DNA of 64,000 nt. Source: Lama guanicoe. Lineage: Eukaryota. Shown here one piece after another: positions 26,930 to 36,872 of this stretch (position 1 is the first letter of the stretch; each line of letters starts with the position of its first letter). The stretch is from the NCBI GenBank assembly GCA_013239625.1, contig MU053559.1, positions 3,536,607-3,600,606 of the forward strand. Direction: 5' to 3'. Both the position numbers and the translations under genes were made by a program. A model generated the notes under the pieces. It made no database searches. It was not told the DNA's origin and saw only the letters and a list, made by a program, of their open reading frames with translations.

Positions 26930-27458
26930 TGTCCCTGGGGTTTATTTTACTCAAGTAGAAGACAGGAAGACATGGAAATGACTATGGTGAATCCATCAGG
27001 TTTTACTGACGGGTCCCTAGAATCAGGAGGTACACCAGACCACGTAGGGCCACATGGGGAAGCACCAGACTCAGTCAGGATGCAAAAAGAGTGAGCGGGC
27101 TATGTGAGCAGGAGCCTCTATTGTGCTTTTTGTGGGAGGGAATGAGCGAGACGGGATAGCCAAATAGAGTAGGCTTAGGGAAGAATAGTTCGAATAATTT
27201 TACAGGCTCTAAGCTATAAGGAAAGTCCTTAGTCATCTGGTACCCGGCCCTGCAGCAGCTTAGGACAGAAGGATAGTGTCTTGGACTGTAGGATCCTGAT
27301 AAAAAGAGGTGGATGGTGGGTATGGACTCAGACTCAAGTTGTTTGCTACTTTAAGAAATTAGCTCTCCTGAGGAGGGGTAGTCCTTCCAAAATCTTCAAG
27401 ACCCCAAGATGTCAAAGCATCATAAAATATAGAAACTAAAAAAATATAATGAATACAT
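26930..27458. mobile_element. LTR-like element (ERVL/MER-type, family uncertain)
   Basis: gggccacatggggaagcaccag, ttcgaataattt...ggctct and terminal gatgtcaaagcatc...aatgaataca resemble old ERV LTRs. Confidence 0.45.
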
Positions 27459-27819
27459 TCTGGAAGTCCCACTCAAGATGAAGCAGGAAACCATTCAGAA
27501 GGCCTCCTTTTGGTGTTCAGTTTTTGTCTACCATGTCATGTGGGATGTAACCAACCACACAAATTCCAAGTTCTAATAATATGATATAATATAGTATTTC
27601 TGATCTGAAATCATTCATGTATTATATTAGCTGGGGCCCATTTAGGGCCCTCTGATTCTAATTCCCTTTTGCATAACCACTGGCAATACCCTACGTTAGG
27701 GCCTGTGACATTATACACAGGTGGAATTTTGGTCCTTGTACTCTGGCCTCATTTGCATCCTTTGTCTCTTGTCTCTTTCTGATTCTCATATGACTCATGA
27801 GTTGCTCTTCTATTATTGC

Positions 27820-28140
27820 TTTATTCACTTATTCATGCCAAAACTAATGATTGAAGGCCCACTACGTGCTGGGCACTAAGGGCAGGGGAGACACAAGAGA
27901 ACAGAACTAAAACCTTCCTGCCCTTATGGAGCCTGAATTCTAACAAGGAGACAGACAACAGACAATGCACAGAATACATAAGTTAATTGTATAGTACATC
28001 AGAAGGTGGTAAGTGTTCTGGAAAAAATTAAAAGTAGGGCAGGGTAAGGGGAGGTGGGAATGCTGGCCGTGAAGTGAGAGAGGTGTGAAATGGGGTGGAC
28101 AGGTTAGGACTCACAGAAGAGGGAGCACTGGGGCAAGGTC
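27820..28140 (-). mobile_element. L2 3' end
   Basis: attcacttattca...cactacgtgctgggcact...cctgcccttatggagcctgaattcta...ggtaagtgttctggaaaaa. Confidence 0.75.
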
Positions 28141-28434
28141 TTCACATTTACTAATGGAGTGATGCGATCATATCTGAAAATCAAGGCTGTGGTTCTGTTG
28201 GCTACACCTGTCATCCCCTGAGAATTAGATGGAGGCATAATGCGGGGAGGAGTAGAGAAAGAAGGGTCATGTGACTTGCAGATGAGATGTGGTGCTTAGA
28301 TGTCAGAGGCGGTGCTGGGGTGGGCTGTCTGTGAGTTGCCCTGTACATTCTTTCTGCAGGGGGTGGGGGGCTAGACACTTAGAAGTCCTTGCTGGGCTGG
28401 GCAAGATTGAGGCCAGAACCAGATGTGCACACAC

Positions 28435-28485
28435 AAGAAAGAAGAAAAAAAGGAAAGAAAGAAAGAGAGAAAGAGAAAGAAAAGA
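28435..28485. repeat. (GAAA)n-type purine tract
   Basis: About 50 nt of only A and G directly abutting the left inverted-repeat arm. Confidence 0.85.
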
Positions 28486-28775
28486 TCTAAATAAAATAAA
28501 TTGGTTGAATAAAAAGAGTTCATAGGAAAAGGGAAATTCATATTACTGTTGTTGGACTTTCTCAGAAATATTCCCAGACTGAAAACTACAGCTGTAAACC
28601 CCTATAGTTATGGAGAATAATTTTATTTTCAAATGATAGAAAAATGAGTCTTAATGGAAATAGCTAAAAGGAGAAGGGTAGAAGTGAATTAGATCAATAA
28701 AAAAATGGAAACTCATTTTAAACTTGCCAGAGGCAAGATTTGGGTACCAGCAAGGAATCGTGGTAGCGTGCAAAC
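28486..28775 (+). repeat. Inverted repeat, left arm (~290 bp)
   Basis: Reverse complement of 29417-29705, about 86% identical by hand alignment, with perfect blocks tgccagaggcaagatttgggtaccag and ggtagaagtgaattagatcaataaaaa. Confidence 0.95.
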
Positions 28776-29416
28776 ACAGGTATCATGGTCTTCAGCCCAG
28801 AAATGGTAGTGGAAACCATGAGAACAAACAAACTTCAAAGGGGACCCTGTGAACGCCCACATTTAAGGGGCAGGTAGGAAAGAGGAAAATGATAGAGACA
28901 TCTGACTGGTTTCAGTCAGAGATGCCGAGGCAAAACTGGGAAAGAAGTTGAGGAAGTGGAGGTCAAAGAGGATCCAGGTGGTGGTCAGCAGCGCATCACC
29001 CACCCAAGGATTGTGTGAGGACCAGGCGATTGGGTGGCATTATGGGGAGACTTTGGTGACTTTGGGCCAGAAACTTTCCATCACAGTTCACAGGAAAGGG
29101 GCTTAATTGCCAGGGGAGGTGGGCTGTGGTGATTGAAGGCTGCAGAGATGACACCAGTAAGGCAAGTCTACTGGGCTTTTTTTCAGATTTCCTGGGCAGG
29201 GAAGGAGGAAAAGTCCTGAGTGGCGAGCTCCCCAGGCCTGCTTTGTGGGCCGGGACCTGCTGACTCATACTGATTCTCCTCCGCTGCCCTCAACTTCCCT
29301 CTAAACAGCATGCATAGTTTTATATTCATTTGCATTGTCAGGAAGACTCTCCTCTGACCTTGCAGGGTGAGTACCACCAAAGGTGGGAAACTGACAAGAG
29401 CTCTGTTATTCTTACA

Positions 29417-29705
29417 GTTCGCACGCTTCCACGATTCCTTTCTGGTACCCAAATCTTGCCTCTGGCATCTTTAAAATGGGATTCCATATTTTTATTGATC
29501 TAATTCACTTCTACCTTTCTCCTTTTAGTTATTTCCATTAAAACTCATTTTTATCATTTAAGAAGAAAATTACTTTCCATTACTATAGGGGTTTATGGCT
29601 GTAGCTTTTAATCTGGGAACATGTCTGAGAAAATCCCACCATGGCAGTTAAGAATTTCCCTTCTCCCATGAACTCCTTTTATCCAACCAATTCATTTTAT
29701 TTAGA
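29417..29705 (-). repeat. Inverted repeat, right arm (~289 bp)
   Basis: ctggtacccaaatcttgcctctggca and tttttattgatctaattcacttctacc are exact reverse complements of left-arm blocks. Confidence 0.95.
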
Positions 29706-29844
29706 CTTTTCTTCTTTTTTTCCCCTCAGGTTCTGCTTCTGAAATGTTGCATTGATGATTCAAATACTAAGATGGTAAACATTTGCCATCTGTTTCCAGT
29801 GTGTAGTTCAATAGTATACCAATAATCATCTGGAAATACAGGAA

Positions 29845-29913
29845 TTTTTTTTATTGAAGTGTAGTTGATTTACAACGCTGTGTTAGTTTCTGGTGTCCAG
29901 CATAGTGATTCAG

Positions 29914-29952
<39 letters not shown>

Positions 29953-31078
29953 TTGTGATTTTTTTTCATTTTAGATTATTATACAATATTTTTTATAAAC
30001 TTTTTGAGATTCTTTTCCATTATAGGTTATTACAAGATATTGATTATAGTTCCCTGTGCTCTACAGTAGGTCCTTGTTGTTTATCTATTTTATATATAGT
30101 AGTGTGTATCTCCTAATCCCAAACTCCTAATTTATCTCTCCCCCTTCTTTCCCCTTTGAAAACCATAAGTTTGTTTTCTATGTCTGTGAGTCTGTTTCTG
30201 TTTTGTAAGTTTGTATCATATTTTATTCTACATATAAGTAATGTCATATGATATTTGTCCTTCTCTGTCTGACAGATTTCACTTAGAATGACGATCTCTA
30301 GATCCATCCATGTTGTTGCAAATGGCATGATTTTATTCTTTTTTATGGATGAATAGTATTCCATTGTATAAATATACCACAGCTTCTTTATCCAGTCATC
30401 TGTCGATGGACATTTGGGTTGCTTCCATGTCTTGGCTATTATATCTAGTGCTCCTATGAGCATTGGTGTATATGCATCTCTTTGAATTAGAATTTTCTCT
30501 GGATATATGCCCAGGAGCAGGATTGCTGGATCATATGATAACTTAATTTTTAGTTTTTTTAGGAACCTCCATACTGTTTTCCATAGTGACTGTACCAATT
30601 TGCATTCCCACCAACAGTGTAGGAGGGTTCCCTTTTCTTTACGCCCTTTCCAGCATTTATCATTTGTAGACTTTTTAGTGATGGCCATTCTGACCCATGT
30701 GAAGTAGTAATACCTCACTGTAGCTTTGATTTGAATTTCTCTAATAATTAGCGATACTGAACATCTTTTCATGTGGCTATTGGCCATCTGTAAGTCTTCT
30801 TTGGAGAAATGTCTGCTTAGATCTTCCAGCTATTTTTGGATTGTTTTTTGTTGTTGTTGTTATTGGGTTGTATGAGCTGTTTATATATTTTGGAAATTAA
30901 GCTCTTGTCAGTTTCATCATTTGCAAATTTTTTTCCCAGTCTGTAGGTTGTCTTTTCATTTTGTTTATGGTTTCTTTTGCTATGCAAGAGCATATGTTTG
31001 ATTAGGTCCCATTTTTTTTGTTTGTTTGTTTTTATTTCGATTGCTTTGGGAGACTGACCTAAGAAAACATTGCTACGC
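29845..31078 (-). mobile_element. 5'-truncated L1 (ORF2 C-terminus plus 3'UTR)
   Basis: ORF 30113-30787(-) has L1 ORF2 C-terminal motifs ([58 protein letters not shown]). TSD ggaaatacaggaattt/ggaaatgcaggagttt; internal (TA)n at ~29914-29948. Confidence 0.96.
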
Positions 31079-32220
31079 GGAAATGCAGGAGTTTTGATTT
31101 CAGTGTGTGGTATCTGATTGAACCCTACCTCCGTGTGACACTGAGCAATTAATGATCATGAAAGTGAGCTTGTTAATGTCTAGTATACGGATGCTGCTTT
31201 GAATGTGGTCTAAGCAATGAAAGGACTGTAGCCCCACTTTCCCACGAGCAATCCAAAGTAACATGTGTAGATTGTTCTGTGCTTCAAGCCATTACCTTGC
31301 TTGATTTCTGCGATAACCTTATCACACAACAAGGTGGGTTTTATTATGATCATTTATCAATCTCATTTGACTGAAAGGAATTCTGAGAAGATAGTGATGC
31401 TGGCAGCAGCATAGCTTTTGAATCTTCTCATGAAAAAAACTCAGAGTAACTAAGATAGTAACCCTAAAACCAAGTGGCAAGGTGCTCTCATCAACCCAAA
31501 ATAGACAGGTTTGGGGCCAAACACCAACAGCAACAAGATTAACAAGATTAGTAGAGAAGCAGCCACCATGCAGGGGGAAGTAGAGGAAAAGAATGAGAAC
31601 TTTTCAGTGACTCCCAAGAAACAGATAATCCAAAAACTGACCATCGAGTTCTCCAAAGGAATGAGAAGAGCCCAAATTAGAAGGAGTATTTCCAGGTTCC
31701 AATCTAGGAACCATGTTAAAGTAGGACTATGCTGGAGTGATGTAGGCCCTAAGCACTCTCAAAGCTAACCAACTCAAGGGCCCTTCCAAGGCAGGGCCCA
31801 CATGAAAAAAACACATACACACATACACAATTGCCCTAGAGACAAGGAAAGAGAAGAGTAAAGGAGGCAGCAAAGCTCAGGACAGAATTCAAGAAAATCT
31901 TCCTGAAGGAAAATGAAGAAAACTTGAAAAGTCATCTAGGGCAATCTACCAGAAGAGCCAACATCAAGACATGTTCTAATAAAACTATTGGTGTCTTCAA
32001 GTTGAAACACCATGTCATTGATAAGGGAGATAAATCAGATTGATGTTAGACTATTTATGTCCATAGATGATGGAATCAGTATATTTATGACAAAAAAGAA
32101 AATGTAAGCCAAGGTTTTTTATAAACGACCAAGCTGACCTTTAAATAGAGAGGCTACGGGTAAACTTTTGTTGTGAATCTACAAAAACTTGGAGAATATT
32201 AATTCCCATGAGACATTTCT

Positions 32221-33080
32221 TTTTTTTTTAACATTTTTTATTGAGTTATAGTCATTTTACAATGTTGTGTCAAACTCCAGTGTAGAGCACAATTTTTCAG
32301 TTATACTTGAGCATACATATATTCATTGTCACTTTTTTTTCACTGTGAGCTAGCACAAGTTCTTGTATCTATTTCCCTGTGCTATACAGTATAACCTTGT
32401 TTATCTGTTCTACATATGCCTGTCAGTATCTACAAATTTTGAACTCCCAGTCTGTACCTCCCCCGCCAGCAACCACAAGTTTGTATTCTGTGTCTGTGAG
32501 TCTGTTTCTGTTTTGTATTTATGTTTTTTTGTGTTTTTTTTAGATTCCACATATGAGTGATCTCATATGTTATTTTTCTTTCTCTTTCTGGCTTACTTCA
32601 CTTAGAATGACATTCTCCAGGGACATACATGTTGCTGCAAATGGCATTATGTTGTCATTTTTATGACTGAATAGTATTCCATTGTATAAATATATCACAT
32701 CTTCTTTATCCAGTCATCTATTGATGGACATTTAGGCTGTTCCCATGTCTTGGCTATTGTAAATAGTGCTGCTATGAACATTGGGGTGCAGGTGTTTTTT
32801 TGAAGTAGGGTTTCTCTGAGTATATGCTCAGGAGCAGGATCCTTGGGTCATATGGTAAGTCTATTCCTAGTCTTTTGAGGAATCTCTATACTGTTTTCCA
32901 CAGTGGCTGCACCAACCTGCATTCCCACCAGCAGTGTAGGAGGGCTCCCCTTTCTCCACACCCTCTCCAGCATTTGTCATTTGTGGACTTTTGAATGATG
33001 GCCATTCTGACTGGTGTGAGGTGATACCTCATTGTAGTTTTGATTTGCATTTCGCTGATAATTAGTGATATTGAGCGTTT
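32221..33080 (-). mobile_element. 5'-truncated L1 (second 3'UTR subtype)
   Basis: ORF2-end homology to 30250-30770, poly-T start, 18-bp TSD ttcccatgagacatttct/ttcccatgagccatttct. Confidence 0.95.
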
Positions 33081-33424
33081 TTCCCATGAGCCATTTCTGA
33101 AAAGTCTACTAGAAAATAAGCTTCAGAAAACCAATAAATGATCTAAGACTAAAATTGTGATAAGAAAGAAGAAAGTAGTTTATAATGACTGTCTCTGACA
33201 ATGTGAAGGAGAAAGAAGAGAGTACATAGTAGGATAAATTTGCTGACTGCCTTACACATACATAATCAAAAGACATCAAAAGAATATTACTTTAAAATTG
33301 TATACTGGGGGAGCAAAGAGGGGGTAAAAAGTGTTTATGAGCTAATTTCAATATCACTCATTGTAGACACTGTAAACAAAGGTGGGACTAAGGGTATTTA
33401 TAAAGGCATTAGTATATAGATAAC

Positions 33425-33937
33425 TGTATTAGTTTTCGATTGCTGCTGTAACAAATTATCACAAACTTAGCGGCTTAAATAATATAAATTTATTGTCTTA
33501 CAGTTCAGGAGGTCAGAAATCCAAAATGGATCTCACTAGGCTAAAATCTAGGTGTTGGTAGGGCTACAATTCTCTTGGAGGTGCCAGAGGAAAACGCATT
33601 TCCTTGCCTTTCTAGCTTCTAGAGATACCACATTCCTTGGCTGGTGGCCCCCTTTCTCCTTATTACATTGCATCACTCTGACCTTGCTTCCATCATCATA
33701 TGTCCCCTCTCAGTCTGACTCTCCTGTACCCGCTTCCATTTTTAAGGACTGTTGTGATTACATCAGACCACTCAGATAATCCAGCATGATCACCTTATCT
33801 TAAAGTCAGCTGATTAGTAACCCTAATTCCATCCCCAAACTTAATTCTCCTTAGCCATGTAACATAACAAACTCAACAGGTTCTAGGAATTAGGAAGTGG
33901 ACACTTTTGGGGGAGGGCATTATTCTGCCTATCATAG
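33425..33937 (-). mobile_element. MLT1 (MaLR) solo LTR
   Basis: tgtattagttt...gctgctgtaacaaattatcacaaacttagcggctta...gggcattattctgcctatca. Confidence 0.85.
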
Positions 33938-34432
33938 TAACTACATACTATATACATACTAACTATATACTAAATGTCAAACTTTATCCTCCTTCCAAAA
34001 AGAAATAGAACAAACAAAATAGATTGAAGGAGAGAAATTGAGGCTCAAAGGTAACTATCTAATCATTGGTAGACCCAGGGCTCAAACCTAGAATATCTGA
34101 TTCCAAATTCCCTGCTCTTCTTATTGCTTCATATCATCAAGTCCAAAGGCTCATCTCTTAAGAGTGGAATTATGACTGTCAATCTGGTCCTTGTAAATAA
34201 GGAGTGCCTAAGGATAAATAGATATATGATTATGATCAGGATTATTGCTCCTAAAGGTTGCCAAAAGCTAAAGGAGGAAGGTAGCAGAGGTCAAGAGTTG
34301 CTGAAGGCATCATTACTATATCTTTAAATCTATAGTAGGATTTTCACAGGAATGAATTGAGTTATTTTTCTTGATTTTCTTAGCAGACAAAAATACAGTA
34401 ATAGATTTAAACTAAAACTTCAGAAACTTTAA

Positions 34433-34607
34433 GGGGGGAAGGGATAGCTCAGTGATAGAGTGTGTGCTTAGCATGCATGAGGTCCTGGGTTCAATCCCCA
34501 GTACCTCTGTTAAAATCAATAAGTAAATAAATAAATCTAATTACCTCCCCAATAAAAAACGCACACACACACACAGAAAAAACCCCAAAAAATAAATTTT
34601 AAAAAAA
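34433..34607 (+). mobile_element. tRNA-Ala-derived SINE (Vic-1-like)
   Basis: tagctcagtgatagag...gcttagcatgcatgaggtcctgggttcaatcccc; A/CA-rich tail; TSD-like cagaaacttta/cagaaatttta. Confidence 0.9.
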
Positions 34608-35049
34608 TGCAGAAATTTTACATCTTCATTAGAAAGAAATTCTTTTCTTTTAAGAGAAGAAAACACTGGAAGAGGTGTATTATGGAAAAGGTAGGGATTC
34701 TTGGCTGGGGAACCTTGAGAAAGGAACCAAATATCAACTTGAGAGAGCTTGAGCCCGTTTCCCAGTTTTGAAGTGAGGGCCAGGCAAGATGAATGACTTC
34801 GTAGGGTCTCCTTGAATTTTAATAAGAGATGACAAGATTCTGAGCACAGAGTAGAGAGTGTGTCATGGTCCAGACTCAAAGTGCTGTTGTTTCTGGCCAT
34901 CACTGGGTAGTTGGTTTGGAAAACTCAGTGGACCAAAGCCTAAAGGAAAACTTAGGTGTCAAACAGGTAGAAAGCGAATGCTGCTTGCTACGAAGAAATG
35001 AGACAATATGATGGAAGAAACACTTACATAACTTCTCCAGTCTTGGAGG

Positions 35050-35270
35050 AAGTGGTTGGAGTTGTCAGAGTGTGTTTTGGGTTTTGATCCTGATGCTGTC
35101 ATTTACTAGTGGAGTGAACTTATGCAATTTACTGAATTTCTCTGAGCCTCAGTTTTCTGATCTGTAAAATGGGCATAAGAATGCAAAGGGTTTTTAGGAA
35201 GACTAAAGGAACGTAAGCCAAGTTCTTACAAATGCGCTTACAACGTAACAGACACTCAGTTAATATTCTC
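35050..35270 (+). mobile_element. MIR SINE
   Basis: tttactgaatttctctgagcctcagttttctgatctgtaaaatggg. Confidence 0.75.
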
Positions 35271-35949
35271 CTTCCTCCATGCAAACTATGAAACTGGATG
35301 CATTTGAGTTGAGATGTTTTCATGTTGCCATTAACAGGCCTGAGCAACACCGTTCTGGGATCCAGCTTCCTAAGAATGTTCCCTCTCTGCCTACACTTTC
35401 TCTCCCCTCCACCATACTCACATCTGCACCCCAAATTTACATTTGAGTGGCCCTTCAACAGACGTCGGGTGGATAAGACCTGCTCCTATTCTAAATGACA
35501 AGGAGAAAACGGAACAGACACAAAGAGACAATTCTAGAACAATATGATTGCACCCTGAGTGGTGTGAGAGCAGCCAACAGACACTATGGTGCCCTTTGGG
35601 TCCTAAGATGCGTGGCAAGGTGGCAGGTAGTAAATCTGAGCTATAAGTTGGCCTTTCTGCTGGCCTCGCTGCACTTTGGCTGGGTGTTCCTGGAGACAGT
35701 TGGCTCCCTACTGTTAACTCCAGAGAAGTGGCTCTCATGGTGAAAGCTATGCTATTGGTGGTGATTGATGCTTTTTTCATTCTCCAGTTACGCTACTTGG
35801 TCACTTAAGACACACAGGATGCATAGAGTAGCAATATTTCCAAGGTCATCTGACCTCATCCTAGAAAGGAGAACCCTTCTAAGAGCGTTTGTGAATTCCA
35901 GCTCTGCCAGCAGAGGGGGCACTCAAGATCAACGCAGGAAGCTTGAAAA

Positions 35950-36872
35950 AGCACTTGCCATTTCAGCTGATGCCTTTCGAAACCAGCCAGCCCACAGCAG
36001 ACCAGCATCTGACCCGAGACCAGAAGCTGACCATTTCATTGGACAGCTGCCAACAAACTTGTAAATAAAATTTTATTGGATAACAGCCAAGTGCATTCAC
36101 TTACAACTATCTATGGTTCTTTAGTGGTATATTAGCAGGGTTGAGTAATTGCGACAGAGACGGCATGGTCCACAAAATCTAAAATATTTAGTATCTGGCC
36201 CTTTACAGAAAATGTTTGCTGAACATTGTCTTACACAAATGAGGAAAACCCAGTCAAGACCAACAGAAGAAACTCCCTGGCCTCTCCAGCCCAAATCGCC
36301 AATCCACAGCACTATAAATTAAACACTGTTTTTTTTTTTTAATGGCAGCATAGTCAGTTACAGTGTGTCAATTTCTGGTGTACAGCACAATGGCCCAGTC
36401 ATGCATATACATACATATATTCATTTTCATATTCATTTTCATTAAAGGTTATTACAAGATATTGAATATAGTTCCTTGTGCTGTCAGAAGAAACTTGATG
36501 TTTATCTATTTTTAAATATAGTGGCTAACATTTGCAAATCTCAAACTCCCAAATTTATCCCTTCCCACCCCCTTTCCCCTGGTGACCATAAGATTGTTTA
36601 CTATGTCTGTAAGTCTGTTTCTGTTCTGTAGATGAGTTCATTAGTGTCCTATTTTTTTTCTCTTTTTAGATTTCACATATAAGTCATATCATATGGTATT
36701 TTTCTTTGTCTTTCTGACTTACTTCACTTAGAAAGACGATCTCTAGGTCCATCCATGTTGCTGCAAATGGCATTATTTTATTTATTTTTTAATGACTGAG
36801 TAGTTAAACACTGGCTGTTTTAAGCTATTTAATTTGGGGGTAGTTTGTTGTAGAGCAAAAACTAACCGGTAC
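35950..36872 (+). mobile_element. Old MLT1-type LTR interrupted by a MER58-like element (~36040-36230) and an L1
   Basis: LTR 3' end gctgttttaagctatt...tagtttgttgtagagcaaaaactaaccggtaca; MER58-like gtaaataaaattttattgga...tatctggccctttacagaaaatgtttgctga. Confidence 0.6.
36329..36803 (-). mobile_element. 5'-truncated L1 3'UTR
   Basis: Poly-T start, homology to the other young L1 ends, TSD ttaaacactg at 36319-36328 and 36804-36813. Confidence 0.9.

Noticed and set aside
28486..29705. Inverted repeat as assembly artefact or autonomous DNA transposon
   Set aside because: About 14% arm divergence argues against a fold-back artefact, and the 641-bp spacer has no transposase-like ORF. A non-autonomous element is not excluded.
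30113..30787. 224-aa ORF as a host gene
   Set aside because: C-terminal remnant of L1 ORF2 in a 5'-truncated, TSD-flanked insertion.
31380..33420. Old L1 5'/ORF1 region hosting the 32221 L1
   Set aside because: A-rich and suggestive but too degraded to support as a feature.
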